32,000 nt of DNA from Halalkalibacterium halodurans. GTDB lineage: Bacteria > Bacillota > Bacilli > Bacillales > Bacillaceae_D. Where the stretch lies: NCBI RefSeq assembly GCF_004376175.1, contig NZ_SNUY01000018.1, forward strand, positions 1-32,000. The letters are read 5' to 3'. Position numbers and translations under genes: made by a program. This document shows positions 1 to 9,380 of the stretch, piece by piece (within the stretch, counting starts at the first letter, position 1; every line of letters begins with the position of its first letter). The notes beneath the pieces are model-generated. The model did not search any database. It saw nothing but the letters and a program-made list of their open reading frames with translations, and was not told where the DNA came from.

Positions 1-169
1 TGGTTTTCGGCGTTATGATCGCTTGCGAAGCCGTATTCTCTTGCATCATCAATTCAAACATCAAACATTCGGGGTAGGATAAGAGGGGCTCGCCCTCCTA
101 TGCCACCCCAACATTTGACTAAGAACCTATAAAAATGAGGAGAGGGCATACGAAAGGGGAAATAATCAG

Positions 170-1423
170 ATGATTAAAGTTGGTGTGATCGGATTTGGCA
201 CCGTTGGGCAAGGTGTTGTCGAGAGTCTAGTTCAATTGGAGCGAGGATTAAGGAAAGAAGTTACTCTCGAAATGTTGCTTGTGACCAATCGGAGAAAGCA
301 TGAACATAGTGAACAGTACGCCCTTGTAACAGACGATTGGAAGACATTTGCTGCTCGTCATTATGATGTGGTATTTGAGGCGGCTGGTGGAATTGAGCCA
401 GTGTATGATTATGTCCGCTTCTTTTTGAAAAAAGGCGTACCCGTCGTGACCGCAAACAAAAAACTCGTTGCTGAAAGAGGAGAGGAACTGGAACGGCTAG
501 CTGCCGAAAACGACACGTACCTTTGTTACGAGGCAGCGGTAGCCGGAGGAATCCCGATTTTAAATGCCATTAAAGGTACGCTAGCGACGACTTCCTTTAC
601 ATCAGTAGCGGGGATTTTAAATGGAACGACAAACTATATTTTAACAGGGATGATTGAGCAAAACCGACCGTTTCAAGACATGCTGGAGGAAGCCCAGGCC
701 AAAGGGTATGCAGAGGCTGATCCAACGGACGACATTGAAGGATATGATGCATGGTATAAAATCCGAATATTAGCACGACTTTGTTTTGGGATTTGGTCAA
801 ACCGTGACGACATTTCGCGAAGCGGACTACATGACGTGCTCGACTGGCACGTCGAATTAGGTCAATCACTAGGGCTCACGTTAAAGCTTGACGGTAGAGC
901 CTCTGTAAAAAATAACACCATTATTGGGTCTGTTGCACCTGCCTTTTTTACAAACGATCATCCATTTAGTACAGTCTATGGCGTTACGAACGCTGTTGTC
1001 TTGGAAGGGAAAGCGATCGAGCGACTGCTGTTCACTGGACCTGGTGCAGGGAAGGAGGCGACGGCCAACAGCATGGTCGAAGATTACTTGTTCCATGAAC
1101 GATACAAAGGAGAACGTCAACCGATGCTCATAAAAGAAAAAGAGCAAAACAGGATCGCGAACGTCCTTGTCATGGTTGCTGCTCATGAAAAAAAGGAAGC
1201 AGAAAAGGTGGTAGAGCACTTACCGTGTCAACGGATCAATACATTTGCGGCGGGCGAAGGCGAAGCGTGGTGGCTGAAGGTATATGAGGATGTTATCCCA
1301 TTCATTTCGAAGCAGCTAGGATTAAGTCTCTATCGTGTTTATGGGGCGTTTGAAAAACAGCTAGTTACGACAAATATGCATCACCCTTCGTCAATCGATG
1401 AAACGCTTGAACAAAAGGCTTAG
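170..1423 (+). CDS. hom: Homoserine dehydrogenase (stand-alone paralogue type)
   Basis: 417-aa ORF. Rossmann motif VGVIGFGTVGQGV at the N-terminus. Catalytic-domain motifs YEAAVAGGIPIL, NGTTNYIL and AEADPTDDIEGYDA are typical of Hom. RBS aagggga lies about 9 nt before the ATG. The C-terminus runs about 25 aa past the usual YRV.G end. Confidence 0.8.
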   Translation: MIKVGVIGFGTVGQGVVESLVQLERGLRKEVTLEMLLVTNRRKHEHSEQYALVTDDWKTFAARHYDVVFEAAGGIEPVYDYVRFFLKKGVPVVTANKKLVAERGEELERLAAENDTYLCYEAAVAGGIPILNAIKGTLATTSFTSVAGILNGTTNYILTGMIEQNRPFQDMLEEAQAKGYAEADPTDDIEGYDAWYKIRILARLCFGIWSNRDDISRSGLHDVLDWHVELGQSLGLTLKLDGRASVKNNTIIGSVAPAFFTNDHPFSTVYGVTNAVVLEGKAIERLLFTGPGAGKEATANSMVEDYLFHERYKGERQPMLIKEKEQNRIANVLVMVAAHEKKEAEKVVEHLPCQRINTFAAGEGEAWWLKVYEDVIPFISKQLGLSLYRVYGAFEKQLVTTNMHHPSSIDETLEQKA

Positions 1424-1664
1424 GGTCATCTTTAATAATAAACGTGCGTACACCGCTGGTCGTATGAAGATAAAGATAGCCCATATCCTCTTCAGACTTA
1501 CGGTAAGAAATATCTAAAATCTGCTTGAGCGGAAAGGTTTCTGATGATGTTACTAATTGATCAGGAAACAGGTGCATTTCAAACGTTTCCTCGATCGTTC
1601 GTTTTTCGATCCATCCTATTTCTTGCCGGATGAGAACATAGCGTTGACTTGCAAGACAGTCCAT
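1365..1664 (-). CDS. Hypothetical 99-aa protein, family not recognised
   Basis: ORF with a strong SD (ggaggg, 5 nt spacer) before the ATG at 1664. It converges on hom and overlaps its last 59 nt. No motif recognised by eye. Confidence 0.5.
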   Translation of the reverse strand: MDCLASQRYVLIRQEIGWIEKRTIEETFEMHLFPDQLVTSSETFPLKQILDISYRKSEEDMGYLYLHTTSGVRTFIIKDDPKPFVQAFHRLTKGDAYLS

Positions 1665-1773
1665 GTAAACCCTCCATAATCAGTAATGGATTTGCTATTT
1701 ATCGTATCACAGTTACAAGGTGAGCGACAAAAGAAAACAATGACTGAAAATTGCGAAAAAAGATGGTGCACCC

Positions 1774-1803
1774 TTGCATTAGATGAGGTCTTTATGCTAG
1801 AAT
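1774..1803 (+). promoter_or_regulatory. SigmaA-type promoter for the 6S RNA
   Basis: -35 ttgcat (1774-1779), 18-nt spacer ending in an extended -10 tg, -10 tagaat (1798-1803). Confidence 0.55.
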
Positions 1804-1820
1804 AAGGTCAGAAATTGAAC

Positions 1821-2013
1821 AAAGAGTCCTGAGGTGTACGTGCATAACTGTACGTTTTGAGCCAACACTTTTGAATAAGGGAGCTTGTTGTCTCCTCATG
1901 GATTACATGCCCTTTCTCATAGATGAGGGACGTAAGAAGTGATGAGCAGAGCACCCACCTGCCGAGGGCAGGTTCAAAACCAAAGTTTTCGACGGCACAT
2001 TTGGGACTCTTTC
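1821..2013 (+). ncRNA. ssrS: 6S RNA (6S-1/BsrA-like)
   Basis: About 190-nt non-coding stretch. The 5' end aaagagtcctgaggtgt pairs with the 3' end acatttgggactcttt to form a long closing stem. It contains gcacccacc, which I recall from the B. subtilis 6S-1 sequence. It has its own promoter and terminator. The position just upstream of tcdA (yrvM) matches bsrA in B. subtilis. Ends are +/-10 nt. Confidence 0.7.
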
Positions 2014-2030
2014 ACACACTGTATTTTGAG

Positions 2031-2060
2031 CCTAAGGGGGACACACCCTTAGGTTTTTTT
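2031..2060 (+). terminator. Rho-independent terminator of the 6S RNA
   Basis: Stem cctaaggg / cccttagg with a 7-nt loop, followed by ttttttt. Confidence 0.8.
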
Positions 2061-2235
2061 ACGCTTAAGAGAGTAAAGCGATCGCTTCCGCCATACATAA
2101 GGCTAACCTCAATGAACCTCTTTTTAACTCATACTCGTTTCCCCAGAATCAAGCGTTGAGGTCTTTGTTTTTTCGATCTGTTATGATATAGTCATTTCCG
2201 TAAAAGGATTGACGCATGTGGAAGGAGAAGAAGGA

Positions 2236-2997
2236 ATGTTGCACCAATTTTCAAGAAATGAACTTGCCATCGGACACGATGGATTAGAGCGCTTAAAGCA
2301 ATCGACGGTTGCGGTTTTAGGAGTTGGCGGAGTGGGCTCGTTTTCCGTAGAGGCATTAGCCCGTTCCGGTGTCGGCCGCATCGTCATCGTTGATAAAGAT
2401 GATGTGGATATTACAAATGTGAATCGTCAAATTCACGCATTGCTATCGACGGTCGGAAGGCCAAAAGTAGACTTGATGAAAGAGCGAATTTCCGACATAA
2501 ATCCAGAGTGTGAAGTCATTGCCTTAAAAATGTTTTACACAGAAGAGACATATGAGCAGTTTTTCAGCTACGAGCCAGACTACGTCATTGACGCCAGTGA
2601 CACGATTACGTACAAGATTCATCTTATGAAAGAATGTCTCAAGCGGAACATTCCGATCATCTCGAGTATGGGTGTTGCTAATAAGATGGATCCGACTCGT
2701 CTGCGAATTGCGGATATCTCGAAAACGAGCTATGATCCGATTGCAAAGGTGATTCGCACCCGCTTACGCAAAGAGGGGATTCATAAAGGGATCGAAGTCG
2801 TTTATTCCGATGAGCAGCCAATTCGAATCAGAGAAGACATTCGCAAAGAAATTGTCCCAGAGGCTGCCGAAAGTGGAAAGATACGAAAGGCGAAAATGCC
2901 ACCATCCTCTAATGCATTCGTTCCGTCGGTTTCTGGATTATTCATGGCCGGTCACGTCATCAGCAAACTTCTCGATGGCATTGAAATCCAGCGTTAA
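2236..2997 (+). CDS. tcdA: tRNA threonylcarbamoyladenosine dehydratase (ThiF/E1-like, YrvM)
   Basis: MLHQFSRNELAIG N-terminus and the nucleotide-binding motif VAVLGVGGVGS...IVIVDKDDVDITNVNRQ. RBS gaaggag lies 8 nt before the ATG at 2236. The track start at 2209 is a TTG with no RBS. Confidence 0.85.
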   Translation: MLHQFSRNELAIGHDGLERLKQSTVAVLGVGGVGSFSVEALARSGVGRIVIVDKDDVDITNVNRQIHALLSTVGRPKVDLMKERISDINPECEVIALKMFYTEETYEQFFSYEPDYVIDASDTITYKIHLMKECLKRNIPIISSMGVANKMDPTRLRIADISKTSYDPIAKVIRTRLRKEGIHKGIEVVYSDEQPIRIREDIRKEIVPEAAESGKIRKAKMPPSSNAFVPSVSGLFMAGHVISKLLDGIEIQR

Positions 2998-3005
2998 TAC
3001 AACAC

Positions 3006-3041
3006 AAAGCCCACTCAGTCACTCATGACCGAATGGGTTTT
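3006..3041. terminator. Imperfect hairpin between convergent tcdA and the RsfA-like gene
   Basis: Stem aaagcccactcagtc / gaccgaatgggttt with mismatches. T-rich tail on the + strand. Confidence 0.45.
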
Positions 3042-3047
3042 GTTTCG

Positions 3048-3659
3048 TTATTTTGCGATTTTTTCCAAATTACCGTTTTTATCCATCTTGAATGCTTGCG
3101 TCGAGGCTGGTTCGTCGTCTTGTAAAATCGCCATCCGCCGCGCACGATTCATAATTTGGATCATTGATTGATAATCTTCTTCGATGATACTATGCTCTTG
3201 TTTGATTTTTTGTAGTTCTTTTTCAAGCTCTTTGTTTCGTTCTTGAAGCTGTTCATTTTGTTTCATCAGCTCTTCTTGCTCTTTACGCGTTTGTCCGTCT
3301 GCTACTTTATGGGTTGCTAACTGCTGTAAAAATTCAATTACCATCGGTAGTGTAAGAGATGTAGCCTCACCAGTTAACACAACTGGTTGTTGGCTCGCTG
3401 TAGGATATAGCTGATAGGCATAAGATGCTGCACGTTTTCGGCGCTTTCGTTCCTTTTTCGCTTCCGCAATTTGTTTTACATAACGCTGACGGACAACAGC
3501 ATTCCAGCGGAATCCGCAGGCTGCAGATGTCCGGTTTAATACGTCACCTACTTCATCAAAGGCACGTAATTGGGTGCTTCCTTCTTCAATATGTTTTAGT
3601 ACGGTTTCCGCTAAGAAAACATCATCTTCATGAGACCATGCATCTTGTCTTACTTTCAT
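3048..3659 (-). CDS. RsfA-family (Myb/SANT-like) transcription regulator with a C-terminal coiled coil
   Basis: N-terminus RQDAWSHEDDVFLAETVLKHIEEGSTQLRAFDEVGDVLNRTSAACGFRWN matches the RsfA/GerR-type domain. The C-terminal half is E/K/Q-rich heptad-like. RBS aggaga lies upstream. Confidence 0.7.
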   Translation of the reverse strand: MKVRQDAWSHEDDVFLAETVLKHIEEGSTQLRAFDEVGDVLNRTSAACGFRWNAVVRQRYVKQIAEAKKERKRRKRAASYAYQLYPTASQQPVVLTGEATSLTLPMVIEFLQQLATHKVADGQTRKEQEELMKQNEQLQERNKELEKELQKIKQEHSIIEEDYQSMIQIMNRARRMAILQDDEPASTQAFKMDKNGNLEKIAK

Positions 3660-3743
3660 TCTGGATCATCTCCTCATTAAATCATTGTCTAGTTGTATCG
3701 TTTCCAAGAATATGAAGAGATATACCAGTATGATAGAAAAATG

Positions 3744-5030
3744 CTAGCTTTCTTTTGAAAATGTTGATTTTCTAAGCTTCTCATAGACATCTGCTAAGGC
3801 ATCTTCAAACTTGCCTGTTCGCTTGGGCTCATAGTATGCTCGACTTTTTAAGGAATCAGGTAAATATTGTTGTTTAACCCAACCACGTTCATAATCGTGT
3901 GGATATTTATAGCCAATTCCTCGTCCGAGTTGTTCAGCCCCTTTATAGTGGGCATCTTTTAAATGGGCTGGAACGCTTCCGACATGACCTTTACGAATAT
4001 CGGCAATCGCTGCATCTAAAGCAACATAAGCAGAATTCGACTTAGGGGAGAGGCAAAGTTCAACCACAGCATTTGCCAGCGGGATGCGGCCTTCTGGGAA
4101 GCCGAGGCGCTCTGCTGCTTCAATGGCCGCAAGGGTCCGCGGCCCTGCCTGTGGGCTGGCGAGCCCAATATCTTCGTATGCAATCACAAGTAAACGACGG
4201 CCAATGCTTACTAAATCTCCCGCTTCAATGAGTCTTGCAAGGTAGTGAAGAGCTGCATTGACATCACTGCCGCGAATCGATTTTTGAAAAGCGGATAAAA
4301 CATCATAATGGGCATCACCATCTTTATCATGATGAAAGCTTTTTCGTTGAATGCACTCCTCTGCAACAGATAATGTAATTTCCTTCTCTCCCTTAACATT
4401 CGGTTGGGTCGAGCGTACGGCAAGCTCTAGTCCATTTAAAGCAGAGCGTACATCTCCGCCACAAGCGAAGGCAAAATGCGCCAACGCCTCGTCGGAAATG
4501 ACAACAGGCTCCTCCCCAAGTCCGTGTGTTTTATCCGTCAAGGCTCTTGTTAAGGCAACTTTAATCTCATCCGTCGTTAGTGGAGTGAGTTCAAAAATTT
4601 GGCAGCGGCTACGGATCGCAGGATTGATGGAGTGGAACGGATTGGCTGTTGTCGCTCCAATTAAAATAAGCAGCCCTTTTTCTAGGTGAGGCAAGAGAAA
4701 GTCTTGCTTCCCTTTGTCGAGGCGGTGGACTTCATCTAAAATAAGAATAAGTTGGCCAGACATTTTTGCTTCCTCAACGACAATTTCCATATCTTTTTTA
4801 TTGTTGACGACTGCATTCAACAACTTATAATGAGTATCTGTACTGCCGGCGATGGCTTGAGCGATCGATGTTTTTCCGACTCCCGGAGGTCCGTATAAAA
4901 TCATCGATGAAAGCTGCCCAGCATCCACCATGCGACGGATAATTTTTCCTTCACCAACTAAATGTTGTTGACCAATCACTTCATCAATGTTCGATGGCCG
5001 CATTCGATAGGCTAGTGGCTGTTTTTTCAT
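3744..5030 (-). CDS. rarA: Replication-associated recombination protein A (MgsA/RarA AAA+ ATPase, YrvN)
   Basis: LAYRMRPSNIDEVIGQQHL, Walker A GPPGVGKTS, Walker B LILDEVHR, and a C-terminal MgsA domain (HYDVLSAFQKSIRGSD). RBS aggtga. Confidence 0.9.
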   Translation of the reverse strand: MKKQPLAYRMRPSNIDEVIGQQHLVGEGKIIRRMVDAGQLSSMILYGPPGVGKTSIAQAIAGSTDTHYKLLNAVVNNKKDMEIVVEEAKMSGQLILILDEVHRLDKGKQDFLLPHLEKGLLILIGATTANPFHSINPAIRSRCQIFELTPLTTDEIKVALTRALTDKTHGLGEEPVVISDEALAHFAFACGGDVRSALNGLELAVRSTQPNVKGEKEITLSVAEECIQRKSFHHDKDGDAHYDVLSAFQKSIRGSDVNAALHYLARLIEAGDLVSIGRRLLVIAYEDIGLASPQAGPRTLAAIEAAERLGFPEGRIPLANAVVELCLSPKSNSAYVALDAAIADIRKGHVGSVPAHLKDAHYKGAEQLGRGIGYKYPHDYERGWVKQQYLPDSLKSRAYYEPKRTGKFEDALADVYEKLRKSTFSKES

Positions 5031-5181
5031 GTAACGTCACCTACAATGTTTAAGTCTGTCTCAAGTGTAAAACATCTTGAAGAAAAAACCAATGCAAACG
5101 CAAACCGTGTGAGATGATACCAATTTGAAAACAATTCATGCTATAATGGCAAGGACTTCAAGAGAGAGAAGGGTATTCAGA

Positions 5182-5886
5182 ATGTTATCTGAAACGGAGT
5201 GGAGAACGAAACGCTTACTTTTACGTTGGCTTATTTTCATGATCGGCCTGATCGTCATGTCCTTTGGGATTGCTTTGATGATTCGTGCCAATTTAGGAAG
5301 TGCTCCATGGGATGTCCTACATATCGGTTTAACGATGCAGTTTGGCTTAACGGTCGGATCGTGGTCGATTATTATGGGTTTTTGTATCATTGGTCTGACT
5401 GCTTGGTTAACGAAGGAATGGCCGCAGCTAGGAGCGTTTGTAAACATGCTTTTAGTTGGTGTGTTCATCGATATCTTTTTATGGATGATCCCTCCATTTG
5501 AAGGGTTTGTCGTCCAACTGATCGCTTTGATCGTTAGTATTATAATTATCGGATATGGTATCGGTTTATATATCGCACCGAATTGTGGGGCAGGTCCACG
5601 GGACAGTTTAATGCTAGCCATCGCTGAAAAAACGGGATGGAAGGTGCAGTATGCAAGGGGCGGGATGGAAATACTCGTACTCACAGCAGGCTGGCTATTG
5701 GGTGGACCGGTATTTCTCGGGACGGTTCTGTTTTGTTTCGGGATCGGAACGATTGTCGGGTTTACGCTACCCCAATGCAAAGCGTTCGTAGATTACTTAT
5801 TAGAAAGAGGGATTCGTTATGAAAATATCCACGAAAGGGCGTTACGGACTTACCATCATGATGGCGCTCGCGAAAAAATCAGGTGA
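5182..5886 (+). CDS. YczE/YitT-like integral membrane protein
   Basis: Multi-pass hydrophobic ORF (WLIFMIGLIVMSFGIALMIRANLGSAPWDVL, then further helices). ATG at 5182 is preferred over the TTG at 5125. The 3' end overlaps cymR by 68 nt. Confidence 0.6.
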   Translation: MLSETEWRTKRLLLRWLIFMIGLIVMSFGIALMIRANLGSAPWDVLHIGLTMQFGLTVGSWSIIMGFCIIGLTAWLTKEWPQLGAFVNMLLVGVFIDIFLWMIPPFEGFVVQLIALIVSIIIIGYGIGLYIAPNCGAGPRDSLMLAIAEKTGWKVQYARGGMEILVLTAGWLLGGPVFLGTVLFCFGIGTIVGFTLPQCKAFVDYLLERGIRYENIHERALRTYHHDGAREKIR

Positions 5887-6238
5887 GGGTCCAATTTCGC
5901 TAAAATCGATCGCGAAAGAGCATGACTTATCAGAACATTATTTAGAGCAATTAATAGCACCGTTACGTAACGCTATGCTTGTAAAAAGCGTTCGGGGTGC
6001 TTACGGAGGATATATGTTAGCAAAAGAGGCATCAGAAATTACCGCTGGGGATATCATTCGCGTGCTTGAGGGGCCGATTAGCCCGGTGGAAGTGATGGAG
6101 AACGAAGAACCGGCCAAAAGAGATCTATGGATTAAAATTCGCGATGCGGTCAAGGAAGTGTTGGATAGTACCACATTGGAAGATTTAGCGAATTATGAAG
6201 ATAAAGGTGACCAAGAATATTATATGTTCTATATTTAG
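5819..6238 (+). CDS. cymR: Rrf2-family cysteine metabolism repressor CymR
   Basis: MKISTKGRYGLTIM...SLKSIA...LSEHYLEQL...GAYGGY..ITAGDIIRVLEGPISPVE closely matches my recollection of B. subtilis CymR. RBS aagaggg. Conserved position before the cysteine desulfurase gene. Confidence 0.9.
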   Translation: MKISTKGRYGLTIMMALAKKSGEGPISLKSIAKEHDLSEHYLEQLIAPLRNAMLVKSVRGAYGGYMLAKEASEITAGDIIRVLEGPISPVEVMENEEPAKRDLWIKIRDAVKEVLDSTTLEDLANYEDKGDQEYYMFYI

Positions 6239-6262
6239 CATTTGAAGAGGGTGTGTGTAACT

Positions 6263-7423
6263 ATGGAGCCGATTTATTTAGATCACGCGGCAACATCACC
6301 GGTTCATCCAGAAGTGATCCAAGCGATGCTCCCCTATTATGAGGAGCAATTCGGGAATCCATCTAGCATTCATCAGTTTGGGCGCAGAGCGCGTCAAGGA
6401 GTGGATGAGGCGAGAGGGACGATCGCGAGGCTCCTTCAGGCGGACCCTTCTGAATTCATTTTTACGAGTGGTGGTACAGAAGCCGATAATTTAGCGATTT
6501 TTGGCTATGCTTATCAACATCGGGGAAAAGGAAATCATATTATTACGAGTCAAGTAGAACACCATGCGGTTCTTCATGCATGTCAAGAGTTGGAACATCA
6601 AGGTTTCGAAGTGACGTACGTACCAGTCGATCAAACGGGACGCGTTTCGGTAGAAGACGTTAGGCAAGCGTTACGCGATGACACCATTCTCGTAACACTC
6701 ATGTATGGGAATAATGAAGTTGGGACGATTCAACCGATTGCTGAGATCGGTGCCTTGCTTCAAGACCATCAAGCGGTGCTTCATACAGATGCTGTTCAAG
6801 CGTTTGGCGCAATCTCAATTGAGCTTGACCATCTTCCTGTCGATATGCTGTCAGTATCTGCACACAAAATTAACGGCCCAAAAGGTGTTGGTCTTTTGTA
6901 TGTTCGAGATGGGGTTGTCCTGAAGCCGGCTTTATATGGCGGGGAGCAAGAACGGAAGAAGCGAGCAGGTACGGAAAATGTTGCAGCGATTATCGGTTTT
7001 GCTAAGGCGGTGGAAATAGCCATTGCCAATCGGGAAGAGCGGCAAAAAGCTTATTTCGATTATTGTCAAACATTCTTTGACCAGTTCCAACAAGAGGGCG
7101 TACAATTTGTCATGAATGGACACCAGACATGGCGCTTACCTCACATTTTTAATGTCAGCTTTCCTGGTGTTCATGTGGAAGCGCTACTCGTTAATCTTGA
7201 CCTCGCGGGAATTGCTGCTTCAAGTGGCTCTGCATGTACGGCAGGATCGATCGAGCCTTCCCACGTCCTTGTGGCGATGCATGGAAGCGACTCAGAGCTT
7301 GTCACATCAGGTGTGCGCTTTAGCTTTGGTTTAGGCAATACGAAAGAGCATGTGCAATGGGCGGCAAAAGAAACAGCGAAGATTGTCAAACGACTTCAGG
7401 ACCAAGAGGCGTTTATTCGATAA
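6263..7423 (+). CDS. yrvO: Class V aminotransferase cysteine desulfurase (NifS/IscS type; YrvO/NifZ orthologue position)
   Basis: IYLDHAATSP, SGGTEADN, the PLP-lysine motif SVSAHKINGPKG and the active-site region SSGSACTAG. ATG at 6263 is preferred over the TTG at 6242. Confidence 0.9.
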   Translation: MEPIYLDHAATSPVHPEVIQAMLPYYEEQFGNPSSIHQFGRRARQGVDEARGTIARLLQADPSEFIFTSGGTEADNLAIFGYAYQHRGKGNHIITSQVEHHAVLHACQELEHQGFEVTYVPVDQTGRVSVEDVRQALRDDTILVTLMYGNNEVGTIQPIAEIGALLQDHQAVLHTDAVQAFGAISIELDHLPVDMLSVSAHKINGPKGVGLLYVRDGVVLKPALYGGEQERKKRAGTENVAAIIGFAKAVEIAIANREERQKAYFDYCQTFFDQFQQEGVQFVMNGHQTWRLPHIFNVSFPGVHVEALLVNLDLAGIAASSGSACTAGSIEPSHVLVAMHGSDSELVTSGVRFSFGLGNTKEHVQWAAKETAKIVKRLQDQEAFIR

Positions 7424-8586
<1,163 letters not shown>

Positions 8587-8705
8587 TGAACATTGAACTA
8601 CACAAAATGGACAGGAGAATGATGGGCTGGGCATGGCGTATGTGCTCGGCTTGCTTTTCATCTTTTGGAACCGTGAGGAAAAACCATGAGTAAGGGGGAA
8701 ACGAA

Positions 8706-9380
8706 ATGAACTTTCATGAGCAAGGAGTTCGCTACATGCGAGAAGAGAACTATGAAGAGGCGGCGAAGGCATTTAATGCAGCAATTGAAGCCAATCCGAG
8801 TGATCCAATTGGGTTTGTGAACTTTGGGAACCTTCTTGGAATGGTAGGAGAACTGGACAAGGCGCTTATCTTTTTTGATAAAGCCATTGGCCTTCAAGAA
8901 GATTGCGCTCCTGCCTACTATGGGGCTGGGACGATTTATTATAAGCAAGAAAAGTTCGAGGATGGGGCAAAAATGTTTAAGCAGGCGATTGCCCACAAAT
9001 TAAACGAGACTGATGTTTATTTCATGCTCGGTATGTGCTATTACCAATTAGGTGCGCTTCCCCATGCCCAGGCTAATTTCCAGCGCACACTTGAGCTTGA
9101 TTCGAATGATGTGGAAGCCCGTTTCCAGCTTGGGCTTTGTCTTGCTCAACTGGAACAGGTTGACGAAGCGATTAAACATTTGCAACTTGTCGTTGAACAT
9201 GTCCCTGATCATGCGGATGCTCACTTTAATCTTGGAGTAGCTTTTGCATACAAAGATCGACTGGAAGAAGCTTTGGCTCATTTTGAACGAGCGATACATA
9301 TTCAGCCGGAGCATATTCTAGCCCATAACGGTAAAAAAACGGTGGAAGAAGCGTTAAATAAAGGAGCGAACGAAGCATGA
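8706..9380 (+). CDS. yrrB: TPR-repeat protein (YrrB-like)
   Basis: Repeated 34-aa A..F..AI...P motifs throughout. RBS aaggggga. Conserved position before recD2. Its stop overlaps the recD2 start (ATGA). Confidence 0.8.
   Translation: MNFHEQGVRYMREENYEEAAKAFNAAIEANPSDPIGFVNFGNLLGMVGELDKALIFFDKAIGLQEDCAPAYYGAGTIYYKQEKFEDGAKMFKQAIAHKLNETDVYFMLGMCYYQLGALPHAQANFQRTLELDSNDVEARFQLGLCLAQLEQVDEAIKHLQLVVEHVPDHADAHFNLGVAFAYKDRLEEALAHFERAIHIQPEHILAHNGKKTVEEALNKGANEA

Noticed and set aside
2-82. Open frame at the window start ending at TAA 80-82, followed by an imperfect hairpin at about 71-109
   Set aside because: Only 27 codons are visible, with no recognisable motif, and the hairpin lacks a clear T tail. 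There is not enough to call a gene end or a terminator.
1923-2159. 78-aa + strand ORF from the track
   Set aside because: It lies inside the 6S RNA and reads straight through its terminator. It has no RBS, and its composition looks like translated structured RNA.
5136-5780. 214-aa - strand ORF antisense to the YczE-like membrane gene
   Set aside because: Its P/S/T/I-rich, low-complexity translation is typical of the antisense frame of a hydrophobic gene. The + strand frame has coherent transmembrane segments.
8609-8698. Short ORF (about 25-29 codons, MDRRMMGWAWRMCSACF...) between mnmA and yrrB
   Set aside because: SD spacing is poor for both ATG candidates and no family is recognised. It is too short to support without conservation or expression data.
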